A stretch of 62,137 nucleotides of DNA, counting the filler, from Choristocarpus tenellus KU-1152 (Eukaryota > Protista > Phaeophyceae): assembly GCA_964200185.2 (NCBI GenBank). It is 9 parts of 9 records of this genome, joined end to end, with 100 filler letters (N's around TTAATTAATTAA, not from the genome) between each part and the next. Parts side by side here need not be neighbours in the genome. Positions count along the whole stretch, not along the records: positions 4,694 to 13,897 come from CAXNAD020003883.1; positions 13,998 to 30,102 come from CAXNAD020000875.1; 7 more parts are not named here. One strand, 5' to 3'. Both the position numbers and the translations under genes were made by a program. Positions 12,911-27,000 of this stretch are shown piece after piece; the first letter of the stretch is position 1, and every line of letters begins with the position of its first letter. Under the pieces are notes generated by a model. The model saw only the letters and a program-made list of their open reading frames with translations. It was not told the DNA's origin and searched no databases.

Positions 12911-13897
12911 AAGTTTATGAAGTAATCTGAGTTTTGCGGGCAGCAGGAATTCTGGTAGGAATGACGTATGGGGAACAGAGGGATGATTAGGGTAAAAAGC
13001 AAAATAACGAAGGAGGGGATGAAGAGTTAAGTACTGAGTGGGTAGGATTCAGAAGAGGTAGGAAATACGATAATATAAATAGGTGGTAGGTGGTAGGTTG
13101 TTTGTCATGAGGTGGGAAAACCTGAGGTTGGTGTGACAAGACAAGAAAGGCTAGAACAAAGGCAACCTCCAAGTGATCTCTCCCACTCACCCACCCTTTT
13201 GATTGCTCACGACAGATCGGGATGCTGGGGAACAGGGGGGGTTGGTCAAGTTCAGGCGGGATAGATGTCTTCTAGTTCAAGGGCACGGTATGGAGTGGAT
13301 TACTGCGGAGTGATGTTGAGGGGTGTGGTGGAGTGGAAAGTGGTGAATGGTGTTGTGGAGTTGAGTGGGTGTTGAATGGTTTGGTAGAATGGAGTGTGCT
13401 GTGGGGTTGAGTGGGGTTGAATGGTGGGGTGGAAGAGAAAGTGGTGGTAGCTGGAAGTCAGTGGTGAAGGGGTTGCACTGGTTGGTCATCAGATGTGGTT
13501 CGCGACTGGAAATCAGTGGCGAAGGGGTCGCACTGGTTGGTCATCAGATTTGGGGGGTGAGTGGAAATCCGTGGCAAAAGGGAGTTCCCACTGGTTGGTC
13601 ACAAGTGGTGTTACAATGTCTGGGAGTGTAGAATGGGTGGAATGCAAACATAGAATATAATAAAAATAATCCAGAATTCGTGAGCAAAGCAAAAAGGTGT
13701 GATACAACAGTTGTTTTGTTTTGCCCACGAATTCTGGATTATTATTGTTATATTCTATGTTTACATTCCCCTCCACCCCATTGTACCATCACTTGTGACC
13801 AACCAGTGCGAACCCCTTCGCCACTGATTTCCAGTCACCTCCCCCCCCTGTGATGACCAACCAATGCGAACCCCTCTTGCAATTGATTTCCAGCCAC
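12911..13897. repeat. Repeat family D with ~60-bp minisatellite, arranged as a foldback palindrome centred near 13704
   Basis: 12911-13620 is the reverse complement of 56040-56803; arms ending 13694 and starting 13714 are inverted copies. Confidence 0.8.
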
Positions 13898-13997
13898 NNN
13901 NNNNNNNNNNNNNNNNNNNNNNNNNNNNNNNNNNNNNNNNNTTAATTAATTAANNNNNNNNNNNNNNNNNNNNNNNNNNNNNNNNNNNNNNNNNNNN
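13898..13997. other. Artificial contig spacer
   Basis: 44N-TTAATTAATTAA-44N. Confidence 0.98.
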
Positions 13998-14164
13998 GGG
14001 GGGGGGAGGGGGGGCTACACCAGGGTGTCTATTTGGGCCAAAGTCAGGAAAAGTGTATTTACATTGTCCATCCGACGTATGCAACCAAATCACACAAAAA
14101 TCGCGACGTGAAAAAATTGCCCCAAAATGGACAGACACCACTCCCCCCCCTGATACTTTGAGCC
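13998..14164 (-). mobile_element. MITE family B copy, cut by gap
   Basis: poly-G, tacaccagggtgtc...gatactttgagcc. Confidence 0.85.
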
Positions 14165-14949
14165 TTTGAGGAGTACATGCAACAGCTGGATGGACGAATG
14201 GGCTAGTTTGTTTGTCACACGGTCGTTTCATTTGTCTCTGCCTTGATGGGTGTATTGATGCTTCTTAGCATATCTTTCTAGGCGTACTAGGCTGTACTCG
14301 TTTCCATGCTCCGTTGTTGGTGACAGACCTGATAAAGTACAAGAAAGGTAGCTCTAAAACACTGTTAGGTAGTATACAATTATTCTTATTCATTTTTCTC
14401 GCTTTAGTCTGGCACTCCTTTACTACCTCTACCCTACCTAGCCCTCTTGACCTGTGGTCAGATGGTAGTGCACACTGCGCTGTCTCTACCCTATGAACTC
14501 TCTGTTGCACTACAACTAATTGCACTCCACCATCATGCTTTTATTCGGGTTCAGCCGTCCCACCGGTTATCATTTCACCTCCTCCCTCGAGCTTGGGTGC
14601 GTACTCATCCGTCCCCAATGCATCTTCGCCTCCATGGTCCAGATCTTCTGCGTCCCCTTCTTGTGGTTCAGTGTAAAGATAGTAAGGTACTTGTGTACCT
14701 CCCCAATGCCCAGTGTAGTTGCCACACACGGCCCACCAAAGTAAAATTTCCTGTGAAGAAAATCAGACCTCAACTGGGGTTCGAACATAGGTATTCCAGT
14801 GACAGAATGCATTTGGAAGTTATGTCCATGAGCTACGTAACAATAAAATGGTATGTCCAATACTCCACTAGTCACTGTTCGTTGTTGGAGATCATGTGCC
14901 TCCCAGTCCCCAACAGGCCAGCAGAGGAAATACAGATCGAGAGACTGAA

Positions 14950-15318
14950 GGGTGGCGATATTGAGAACTGAAGATTCGGATGTCCACAGCCAAAGTTCTC
15001 GAGACTCTGCTGTATGGATGCATGACGTGGACACCAAGAAAGACCCACTACGGTCAACTCTGTGTCAAACACTGGAAATTCCTACAGTGCTGCATTAGGT
15101 TCTGCAAGCAGAAATGTACAGACCATCCCTTGCCGTGCGGAGAAGCCATTGAGAGAACTGGATGTGAGTGCATTGAGGCCATTGTCCTCAAAAGAAAGGC
15201 CGTCATTTGCAGGTTTCATGTTGCGGATGATGATCAATTCCCCCCAAACCTCATGCTCCGAGAGCTCAGCGCTCATAAACCAAAAAAGGGAGAGAAGGGA
15301 GGTCTAGAGAAAAAATGA
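14950..15318 (+). mobile_element. RTE-like non-LTR retrotransposon, 3' fragment
   Basis: KVLETLLYGCMTW...HYGQL...CIRF.KQK.TDH...ERTGCECIEAIVLKRK matches the post-RT LLYGxxTW region of RTE-clade LINEs. Confidence 0.7.
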
Positions 15319-15325
15319 TGGTGGT

Positions 15326-15584
15326 GAGTGAAAGTTTCTTAGAGGGTACGGGTTTTGCCCTGTTTGTCTGTTTGGGGCTTGACTTCCCACGGGTTTTTAA
15401 TGACACTTTACCTACTCCAAAATGTTTCGGAGTAGGCAAAATGTGTACGTTATGAGAAGGTGTGTCTGGAACAAGGTTATTGATATCTCCTAACAAACAT
15501 GATAGCCAAAATTACATCAAAATTACAACATTGGATTTTGTCCCCCAAATGGACTCGGCTCTACCCTCTAAGATAATTTGACTC
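15326..15584 (+). mobile_element. MITE family A copy, 4-bp TSD TGGT
   Basis: tggt|gagtgaaag...tttgactc|tggt. Confidence 0.92.
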
Positions 15585-16093
15585 TGGTGCCTCCAAGACG
15601 ACCTCAAGGTATTGTATATCACAGTTGATCAGTGGGTTTACCGTCCAGAAGACTCGAAACAACTGGCACACATATGTGGAGGATAGAGATAAATACTCCA
15701 TGGATGCCTGGCATGCTACTGAGTGAGGAGGTTGAAAGCAGTCACACTCTGTCATGCAAAAAGTGTCCTTGACCACACCAACCATGTGTAGTAATGTGAT
15801 AATGCCTCCTGAATTTCTCTTTTCCTTTGTTTATTCTTATCTCGCAGTGTGCTGTATGCTGCTTCCTTCACCTTCACAGTATGTACCAGTTCTTTTTTCC
15901 CAACATTACTACAAATAAATACATTTCAATAATTTGTGAAAATAAATAAATATTTTAGTTTAACTGAAAAATTCGTAGTTGATATTCGGTCTGGTGACAT
16001 CCTCATTGTATATGGCGATAACAACAACGAAACGTCAATGCTGTTCCTACAAAAGCCACAAAAAAACCGAGCCGAAGGGATCGGGTCTCAGCC

Positions 16094-19000
16094 ATGGTGT
16101 TAACGTTTGACGGGACAGACAATGGAGATGGATTGGATCTGTTGGTACAAGCGCTTAGAGAAGAAATTGAGACTCCTAACATATCGTCATTGGTTGCTGT
16201 GGTCAAGATGGCCCAGGCAGACGGTCAAAGGGAGCTAGAGCAAATCCACCTGAAAGGGTTAAGGGTTAATGATGAAGACGCCGAAGTGAGGAGTGCAAGC
16301 TAGGGTGGTGACAACATCCTGCCTCATTCCTCATACTCTACTGTCGAGTGCATGTTGTTCTCTTTAGTCACAATGAAGGGAAGAGATAAATTACAAAACA
16401 CAACACAAGGACTTTCGTTCCCGTTGTTCACGCAAAACGTGACAGGCCTTATCGAACGCCCTAATATCGAGCGGCGCGGTAGTCCGAAGCATCTCCCTGG
16501 CAAGCAATGATATCGGAGATCGTGGTGCGGCAGCGTTGGCTCGCCTACTGCAAGATGAGCCAGGATACCGTTGCATGTTGTCCTCGTTGGATCTCCGCGG
16601 GAATGATATTGGTGGCAAGGGCTGCGAGGTGCGAGTCAAGACATTTTATGTTCAGAGGATTTGATTTTTTCTGTGAAGTACCTCCATTCCCCTCTTCCAT
16701 AAAATTCAGTTGCAATTTCCTGGGAGGAGCAACTGTTGATGAACAGGCAAGGCTATGTGCATAGACTGACTGACCGACTGGTGTATTCCATACCCTTCAC
16801 CTACAACCATCCTTGTGACGGTGAATCCCCACACAGCTTCTCTCAAAGCGTATTCGGAACAACACCACTTTGACAACCTTGGATCTAAGCTCAAATCCAC
16901 TCGGACCTAGTGGGGGCCTTCATCTTGCTGAGGCAAGTTGGTTGGTTCAATGCTCAATGTTCACCACTGGTTTTGACTGTTCCTCTTTCTTGGTAGGATG
17001 TTCTTGGCAGATTTGGAGAATTAGCAAGCCTCCCTGTGAGGAAACCAGCTCCATGATCGCTCTGGACAAGGGTCACAAGTTATGCAAGTGTAGTTGAAAA
17101 GAACACATGTATCTTTGTCGTGATGATGGACTAGGGTGCAGGATAAGACACCTTTCCCAACCATTCTACCACACATTGGACCACATTGCTGTTGTATAGA
17201 TCTGCTGTGAAGTTCTTACTTTAAATATTCATACCCCCTTGTCTTCGTGCCAAGAAATATATAGCATGTGATTAAACTGACACCACATCGCGGTATATCA
17301 GGATTGTACTGGGAACACATTTTGCTGAAAGGTCCGACCAATATTGCCTCAGTATGACTTCATTCCTTTTGCTATACACCACGTTGTGAAAGGAGGGCTC
17401 ACAAGAACCAGCATAAGAAGTACTGCGTACTGCACCAACCACTAAAACTGTAGTTTGCACGCTCTCTCCACTCAAGTGAATTAAATTCCTTGTCATACAC
17501 TTTGAGCCAAACCAATTGAGAGGTAGGCAGGGTTGCATCTAAAGCATCCCAAGAAAGGGCAATAATATGATATTTTGTGCAATTGCAGAGAGAGCCTTTG
17601 CTTAATGGTGGTGTCACATTATGTGTAAAAGGGGAACATCAATTTTGGGTACACTAATGTGCACATCAAGCATTAAAATATTGTGCACAGATAAGGGCGA
17701 TGGCTTTGACTTCAAAACGGTCAAAATCTTCCTACCTCTCAGATGGTTAGACTCTTTGTGTGTGTCCTCAATTGGGATATACTGGTTTCCTTTTCGTCCA
17801 CTACACAGGTGATTAATAGGTTGCCGAAAAACTGGACAATCTTGAAAGCGAAACATACAATAAGAACCTTTGTTGGAACATTGTCATAAAAATTTTGCTT
17901 CAAGCTCTGTCCCAAAGACTCGTTTTTCTAAAGTAATAAAACAACAAATAGAAAACAAATGAGAACTGATCCTTCAAATTCAACCTATAACCCCTCAACC
18001 CTACTTCCATCACTGTTTTTGTATTGGTATATCGGATTTTTCGACCCTGCAGAGATGAATCCAAATCCACGTGGACAAACCACCTCTCCCCCTTTTTGTC
18101 ACTTTATCTGAGAACCTTGATTTGACAACAATGCTGGGTCTCACGTCCGGACTACCATAGCAGACTTGTGCAGTCTCAGTGACAATTGGAATATAAAACA
18201 AAATTGCATTTGTAGAATTGTGAGTCTCCTGTGTCTCCAACTTGTAATGCAAGTCGTTTGGTCGTGAAGGAAGAAAGCACAGCAGCAAAGTGGAACACTG
18301 AACAAAATGACCATAAAAGAAACAACAGGACCTGCAGGTTGTGTTTTTCGGAGACAATGTTGACTTCTTTTTTTCCCAATGAGTGAGACTTCCTCCCTCC
18401 CCTAAATTAGTCATCAACATCTAGTGATTCCAACACATTATATGTTGATTTTGGAATGGACCTAAGGCTTGAAATTTCTACAATATAATATTCTACAGCA
18501 GTAAGAGCAATTTGAAGCCATGATCAAGAGTGAGTGTACTCGGAATGCACATCAACACTAATTGTCCGAGTGACCTGTGGAAAAAAAAAGTTGTTAGATT
18601 TCAAAGAAAGCTTTTTTGTGCTATTGTATATTTCGCAGTGAGATGTAAATGAGTGTACCTTTTTGTACCATTCTGAATTTGTTAAAACCATACATGCAAC
18701 AGATGCTCAAGGAGAACTTCACTTTGGAAGCACTGGTGGTGAACAATACAGAGATGACAGAGACAGGTTTCATTGCTCTCATCTCTATCCTGAGGGAGGG
18801 AAACAACACCGTCAGAGAGCTAAGCATTGGGGGGCAGCTCTTGCATTCCCGTGAGGTGTGCACCTGTGTGTAACATACATGATACAACAATCAATCGAGG
18901 TAGGCAGAGTGAAACAGGGTGGAGTCACATTGCAGAGGCCCTGATTGTTTCACCTCAAGATTCGATAGACTCAAACAAGAATGTATCACACAAAACCAAT

Positions 19001-20294
19001 TGTGTATCCATCTCATGTTGTAGAATTCACACAAGCCCTCTATCCCTAGAATGGACGCAATTTCATATTGTTATGAATGAATGAGCGAGCTCATTGCCCA
19101 TCACATCACCCAGCAGTAGAATCACGAGACCTTCTACCTCTCTTGGGGTGATGAACTGGGATATAGGAGGTCGCTGTCCGTCACATGGCACGCATGCTTG
19201 AGACCCCGCCATGCATGATCAGGAAGCTGGACCTATCCAAGAGCTCTATCGGGGACGAAGGAGCATCGTTACTCAGGGCGGCCTTGCACCGCCACCCTAC
19301 GCTACGTGTACTCAACCTCTCCTGCAACAGGATCGGGATAACGGGGGGTGAGGTGCTGGCAGCACTCCTGATCGAGGGGTCAGACCTGGCGGAGCTCAGT
19401 CTCAGGGCTAACGCGATTGGAGACGATGGTGCGAGGGCATTCAAGGTGGTGCTTCAGAATAGCAAGACGCTGAGAATGTGAGTGCAATGATCAGGCACAG
19501 TGTGTGTATTTTAAGTACCTGGTCCAATGGGTAGGGAGACAGCATTGAGCACCTCGGTTGTGTCAGAACATGGACATGAACACGCAACCAGACACTCCGC
19601 GGAACGTGTGCTTACGGAGGCATAGAGTACGAAATAATTTGATTGTCAAGGAAAAAAGGTGCTCTCTTTCCTCTACCAGAGACGTTACAAACGTCAAATT
19701 GTGCGCCCTGTCCACTGCACGTGGGGTGGGATGTAGTGCTCCCTGCTGCATACTCCAAGTACAAAACTACACAGTTACGCGGCAAGCAGGGTGACAGTAC
19801 ACGCACTGCAATTAAAACATCTGCGTACAATCATCATCGCAGAAAGGGAGTATTTCCAATTCAATGGAAAGGTATTGCCTACATCCTACATCATATTCCC
19901 ACATGCTCTGTCCTATACCCGTAAGTAGGAAGCATCTATTGACTGTTCACATTCAAATTTCTTGTATCGTGGAGACCGTTCATGCCGCCTATGTTTGTAT
20001 CTGCATCACCGCACCCCTTTTCCGAAACCGCTCAATACTTCAACTGCGGATGTGAACAGGCTCGACCTCCGCAACAACGGCATCGGTGACAGTGGACTGG
20101 AGGCACTGTCAGAAGGGATAGAGTGGAGTGCCTCTCTAGAACGCCTCCTCGTGTGGGGAAACCTCTTCGGCCAAAGCTCTCTTCAAAAGTTTGCATCCCT
20201 AGAGAGCGGCCGCTTTGCACTGGTTGGGGTTTCCACAGACGTGAAAGTGTTTGTGGTGGATGGGGTGTACCAGGCGGCAGAGAAGCAGGCATGA
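16094..20294 (+). CDS. LRRC34: RI-like leucine-rich-repeat protein, LRRC34-like (complete, 6 exons)
   Basis: Exons 16094-16285, 16446-16628, 16837-16932 (GC donor), 18703-18855, 19167-19477 and 20060-20294 join in frame. Repeated LxLxxNxIGxxG motifs; the C-terminus LLVWGNLFG...TDVKVFVVDGVYQAAE resembles the LRRC34 WGN...D..P/V.VVDG..Y.AE tail. Orthology is by recall. Confidence 0.8.
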
Positions 20295-21404
20295 CAAGAA
20301 CTTCATGAGACAGAACACGATCCTCCTGAGACTGAGAGTATTTTCAGTCTACGGAGCTCTAGTGGTCTGTATATTTATCTGTCGGGCTACTTCAAAGCGC
20401 AGGTTGCTGTCGTGTATGATACACATGTTTGCCGTACCCTCTTCATTTGCTCCCTCCTCTGATGTCCTGTAAGTTCCAGACAAGGGCACTCGAGTAAAAT
20501 CCTTGCGCTAATTTTGGGATGGCTCTTGATGGCTTGAACACAAAGTAGTATTGAGCTCTACAAAAAGATCAGCATGGGTGAAACTGCCACCAGATTGCGG
20601 ACACAATTATGTGGTGAGGTAGAATTGTGCAAGGCCAAGCGACTGCGATATGCTCTTACTCCAACAGCAGTCCTTTTTGCTTGTTCAGTAACGTTGGACA
20701 CTCAACCAGAACACGTCAACTTGATGTATATAACCTGTCGCCTCGCAAGTGTGATGAAAACTACTTGCGCCATTTGTACATAAGCTACAGACATCAGAAG
20801 AGACAGGAAAGGCTCAAGTTCTTATCGCCTTGCCCCTTGTGTGCTTAACATTATTACGGGGCCATTATTGGGGAAGGAAATTCCATTTTTAAAATGTTTT
20901 TTACCTCATTGCACTGGAAGGAGATTGGGACTGTGACAAGGTATCTTCACTGCTTCCCAGGAGTGTTTGTTTAAGTGCATCCTTTTTCAGAGGGGAATGC
21001 AATTGACAGCACTTTAGTAGCATCAAAAAGTGCCACACACATTTATTGTGACAAAAAACAGAATTTCTCATTCTAAGGGACAAACTACAATTGTTGTAGG
21101 ATGGATTCCTTAGGACCAAGTTTGGGGAGAGCTCCCCTGTTTACTGGAAATACTACTATAATATACTATAGTATGACCTTCAAGTAACTTGAAGCAAATA
21201 GAGTCCAAGTCCAACCCACTATGACCAATACCACTCCCATACATGATTCCCACCAAGGAACACAGGTGGAGCATAACCAACTCCAACTTGTGTCCATATT
21301 AAAGACCTTCCCCAAAGATTCTATTTTACCTCCCTCCTTCAGAAACCCTTAACAGCCATCTGCCCTACAAGACCCCCCCCAGTCATATGAGGGGGATCCT
21401 TCTG

Positions 21405-23426
21405 TCAGTGGGGAATGTGTGAAGTCTTAGGGTGAGCAAGGACAAAGTCAATTGCCATTCTTGAAGCCTGATGCTGGGCTTCCCCAAAGCCAAGGATAAC
21501 TGAAACATGATCCTCCCCTTCTAGAACGAAATGTTCTGCACTCCCAATAAACACATCCTTGACCATTCCAGAACTGTCCACGCCCCCCTGAGCACCCTTG
21601 AGCATCGACACTAGACCTTCGGCATCATTATGCAAGTGGAAGTCTGATGAAGCAGTAAGCAATAGGACTGGGATATTGGTCAGGGGGCATTCTGTAGTCA
21701 CAACAATGGCCTTAATGGCCTCCTCCCCATCGCCCATCACACTCTTCCCCCCCCCTCCTCCACTTTCTAATATCAACCCATTAGGTAGTACCTCTTGCAT
21801 AGAAACCATTTTATTTGCTTCCACTAAGGATTGCCGCACCCTATGCAAAGGAGAAGCTGCTTCCCAGGCCTGCTTATCATCTCCAAAGGCCGCGCAAGCA
21901 AGCATTCTGCCAATCGTATTTGCAGCCATCCTAGGGACATCGTATATGCCACTGATACCAACAAAGGCAGAAATAGGGTGGTACCTGGTGGAGGTCAGGC
22001 CACCCTCCTCATCTAGCCATCTTTTTTCTGCAAGGCAGAGAGCGGCAAGATGGGCACCCGCACTATGACCCACGATGGCAATGTCTTCTGGTTCGCCGCC
22101 ATACTGACTCACACTCCTATTTATCCATCTTATCGCCCCTTCATGTGTGTATGGTGTGTGGGGGTGAGAGATTGAGAGTGGAGGAGAATATTTAGATCAT
22201 TATGTGGAAACTGAAAAAACAAAGGAGCAATGCAGGAGTGAGGGTGGGGGCTGTGAGGGGGGGAATTGAGAAGTGGAGAAGTGCTAAATACTAATTGTTG
22301 ACTATGGGAAGCACCCATTACATGGATTTGTTTTGTCCTTTCTTATTTGTTGTCTTCTTTCCTGACCCATGTGGAGATGAAAGAGGGAAATTTTGTATCG
22401 GCATTTCTAGAGGTCAACTATCATGATTGGAGGGAGATTAGAATGCAGTAACTGTTCAATAATGCAAGGTCGGCATCGTTTTGCCAGTATGCTTGAACCT
22501 TGAATTCAAAAAGGTCTTTTTCAAGACTGCAAGTCTATTGAATGGGAGCCCAAGTCCTATGTTCCCTTCATAAAGCCACTGCCCAAGGGAGTGGCAATGA
22601 CACTGACTTCTTAAAAAATCAGTAGTGTTTGAAAGTTGACAAGTCAAAGTCATATAGTGATAGAATGCAATGAAAGAGAACGCGAGGTCATCTTCCCATT
22701 GCCCATTCGTCGACTTACGAGCCACATCTCTGACTTGCTCTGGGTGCTGTACACCTGGAGCCAACCTGTAGGACATTACCACCCCTACAAGGCCTGCCCT
22801 TGCCAAGGCACGACCTACTTCACCGTACAGCTTGTCCGGAAAGTCCGGGTGCCTCCGATCTCCACGTTGCCAGGAACCGCCATGTATGAAGAGGCAAGCT
22901 CTCGATCTCGGGCGCGGGAAAGGTGCTCCGCTGATGTAGATATCTTCACAGGCACAGGAGTGGGCAAAACATGTTTGATACAGATAGAAGGCGTCTTGTT
23001 ATGATATGGCAAGTAATCGGACTTCAAAGGTTGAGCAAACTTTTCTTCGTCTCATAAGAGAGTGACGCCCTAACCTTTTTAATAAAATCTCACCAAGGCG
23101 ATGCTTGAAAGGACAGGCTCCCTTGCCCTCGAAATAGGGGATGTCCAGGAAGGAGAATACATCTGGTCCTGATGAGACAATATTACACGAAGGAAGCCAT
23201 CAGACTGCTGCACCTCTGGAGGGCGAGGACCTTCCTCTCAGAGTACTCTGCGGACCTCTTGGTCACTCAACCCCAGGCCAGTGCCCTCACCGTCGATAGG
23301 ACTTGCCACCCGAGAGGACGCCCTGCGAGGGAAGTGTAAGCCCACCGGTATCGGAGGGAGACCTGTCCTTTCCATAGTTTTGGCCGATAGCAATCTCCAT
23401 CTCCACATCACCCCTCTCAGTCTCAT
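21405..23426 (-). CDS. Alpha/beta hydrolase, HSL/kynurenine-formamidase/ICME-like carboxylesterase (complete, 4 exons)
   Basis: Exons 23426-23291, 23168-23094 (DIPY...HRLD), 22943-22719 (IY...FIHGGSWQRGD...SYRLAPGVQHPEQVRDVA) and 22138-21405 (RAIRW...YGGEPEDIAIVGHSAGAHL...SSD...EDH). HGG oxyanion motif, GHSAG nucleophile and C-terminal D/H are present. Start codon uncertain (alternative ATG at 23375). Confidence 0.88.
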
Positions 23427-24044
23427 GACCTGTATAGAAGATTGTCGGTCAAGAGTGAGATACAATATAGAATGGTTGTCAGAATCAAGCGTGTAATCCA
23501 CCACCTGATCTCTCAACCACAGTTCCAACTCAGTAAATTGAATGTTCAACAACATAAGGTAGTAACTCCGATCAATCTGTTAACAAACGACTTCACCACC
23601 GAGATACATACCCCATGATTTACTTTAGTTCCGAAATTTTAAGCGGCGCCGCCCATTGTTTAACTTCGACTTTCCTCACTCTCTCACTCTCGACCCCTGA
23701 CTCGTTATACTCTGCACACCATATCCTTGGCAATGGCGGGCTAGCTCACCTAATTGCAATGGTTTGACTGAGGTAAACCACACAATGATGGAAGCAATGC
23801 CTTGGGAGTCGAGGAGGTTTGAGATACTCTCTCAAACAACCCACATGAACAACAAAATCATCCACACCCCACCTACCATCAACCCAAAAATTCCGTGTTT
23901 GATTTTTGAATTTTCTCCAACAAAACGAACATTCTTAGAAACGACTAGGAAGGATAAAACGATCAACAATAACCTTGTTTCGCTCAAAGCTCTTCATGAC
24001 AGCCCACCAAAAACTGGGGAAGGACCCCTACCATTGCGAAGATA
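23427..24044. promoter_or_regulatory. Putative bidirectional promoter region
   Basis: About 620 bp between divergent ATGs of the hydrolase (-) and the IQ/Sfi1-like gene (+); no specific element was identified. Confidence 0.4.
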
Positions 24045-27000
24045 ATGACGGCCGCAGCCTGTCTTCCCTCTCTGCCCCATAAAGATGTGCAAAGTGGTGG
24101 CAACGGTCCTCGAATCCTGACGAAGCAGCAACGTCCTACTGGCGTTGCTTTCAACCCCACAAATTCCAAGACGGGCAATATCGAGAAGATTGCGTAAGTA
24201 AAACGAATGATGCCTGCTGGCTGTTGATTTTGACTTGGATTTGTCATACCAGAGCGGTAGACATATGTGAGTAGTGTTAACTATAGTTTCCATGCGAATC
24301 ATTGTAGTCGAGCTTTTAAATCTGCCTATCCCTTGTTTTGGATGTTTCCTAGGCATCCTTTGGCAACTTTCCCAACTCAGAATGGCATCATACGCTCAGC
24401 CTGGCTACAAAGGTCCCGCACGGAGCGGGCCTTGAGTTATGAGTCATATTATCAATACATGCCCTCTATTTGCTACAAAGAGGCCACGCACGTGCAAGCT
24501 GGTCCGATGGCAGGACACATGGGTGTGATTACAGGTCGCCCAGAAGAGGCAGAGTGTCGCAGAGCTTTTCGCAGGCTGGAGCCAGAGAAAATGCTTCGAG
24601 CGCCAAGGGCTGGCGGTGAAGCGATGTGGAAATATTGGGGGGAAAGGCACGGAAAAACGCGAGTAGAGGTGTCCAGCAGGGCAAAGAACAAGGACTTTGT
24701 TCTAGTACCAGCCGAAGCCTTGTCTGAAGTACGGGCGTTAGAAGGCGCACTGAGGCGTGAGCGGAACATCCTCAACTCCCAGTGCCTCAATTTTTTAGAA
24801 CAGGGAGAGGTGCGCCTTCGTACATTGTTAGTGTCCCTGAGTTACGGGTGTTCTTCTCGTTCTGATCGTGCGACCGAGGGATAAGGCCTATTCAATCTCT
24901 GAACCAATATTATCAACGACCAAAGAAGTTGCGAGGTTGCAGCCAGTAGCGTAAACACCGCATTCCACTCATTCTATGGCATATTGTGTGGACCACCATG
25001 TAGGATCCTTGCCATATTATCCCTCCTCAACTACATTCCCGTCATAGATCGCCAATGGTTGGGACATGGAAATATACCTGGCAGGTCAGCGCGTGCCAAC
25101 CACTGGAGGTTATTCGGGTGGCTGTTCACGAAGCTTGTAATCGAGAAATGTCTGCCGCCCTTCGCGACTTTGGCTCTTGGGCAAGCAAGGACCAACAACT
25201 TGGACGTGATGGGGCATGTTGCTCCGCAGCTCGACCAGGATCTATCGCACGCATTCGTAGTGCACCAGTAGGCAGATTCACTGCCTCACGTGTCTGTAAC
25301 TTGAAGGGAAGCTATCACCCTGTGATACACACTCAAGATGCCTACATCCACAAGGAATGTGTCAGTAGTTATGGGAAAAGCCTTCCAAGTCGGCCAAGGA
25401 GTCAAACTGAGGCTGCAGTAGCTGAGCGCACTCAAGCTCTGCTTCACAAACCGGTTGGACATAGATCCCTCCGCTTGACTATGGCACAACAACATTTCCA
25501 GAAGATGTCTGAGAGGTTTGAGACTGACTCCATGCACAGGGAGGAGATGATGCAGCGGCATGTGGAACGGTAAGTTAGTTTTCATCAACAGCCCACACCC
25601 ACACACCCTTCAAACTCATCCCTCCTTGCTTGTATCCTGTGCATCCTTGAGGAAGATGTCCACCATTGTCATATGAAGGTACACACCACATGAGTTCAAT
25701 TACTTTCTTGCTTGGCAGTAGGTTCGTCAATCAACAATGATTGGTAGCTATCCTTTTATGTGCGCCTCCTTACAGGTACTGTATGGCGGAAACGAATATC
25801 TCGAATGACGTATATATATTGAAAGGTGACATAGCATATGCTTGGTATACCTCTTCATCACGCAGAAAAGATCAGTTTGTTCTGTTGTTTGAGGACTTTT
25901 ATACACTATTCAGCACGAAAATAGCTAGTAGTATTAACAATCAGTCCCTTTGAAGTTAATTTTTCTAGGTGCTCTGAAACACTATGATTTTCGGTTGTGT
26001 TTGCTATTAGATTGTATAAGCCTACCATACGGAAGGTCTCTCCGTTTTGACCCGCTAGTTTTGTACTTGATGTATTGTTGGCATTGACATATCCAACAGG
26101 GTCTATTCTTCATGAGGTACCAACAATGATGATCCTTCCCCTCCCCCACTCTGATATATCTTGTGGGAGGATATCAATTGAGGTTTTGTATATATCATCA
26201 TGGTTGGTAGTTTGTTTTACATGCAAATTTGTACATCAATGGTATTGTTTTGAATGGTGTAAGAATTAGCCTTGTGGGATGGATCCTCAACAGGATTGTA
26301 GGACAAATACCCCATGCACAAAATATCTACATCGATGTATATAAACAAAATCCCAGAGGTAGTACTGGTGTAAGCTAATAATCTGTCTTGCCAATCACAT
26401 CATGTTCAGTTCAATTGAAGCTTATGGCATTGTAACAAAGAGAACTAACTCTTTTTTGAATCCGGAGTACTGACAAAACTCTCATCAGTGCATCTCAAAC
26501 AACTGTGTATGTGTAATTGATGGGTATGGGCACTTGTCAATGATGATGTATTTGTACATGTGGACACCTTGCATTGATTATCAAGGTGGTGTAGATGAAG
26601 GGCATATGATATCAACGTTTTTGCCATTCGCCCTAAACAATCCCTTGCTTAGAGACTGACTCTCTAGAAAGTTGTCAAGCCTAGGAAGGGGATGTTGGGA
26701 GGAATTCTTCTAGTGGATAAAAAGGCAGTCAGATACAACGGATCGAGTATTGAAAGAGAGGGTATCGCCCTTGATGGACAACGTATGGCATAAGCTCCCC
26801 ATCCAGGTGTTGTGTTTACTACAGGTAGTGGATTATCACTCCTGGGCAGTCGCTGATGGATCCAGCTGAGGATATACAGGGGAGAAAGTGCTAGAGTAGC
26901 TCTTTCCTTTACCCTCAATCCAGACACCATTTAGCTTCCATACCTCTGCAATGTTGGCCTAGTATGGTGAAGATCATCATTTCCTCTCCTTCTGCCCTGC

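Noticed and set aside
14270-14800. Coding-like segment upstream of the LINE fragment
   Set aside because: Several short frames on both strands with no consistent splice model or motif
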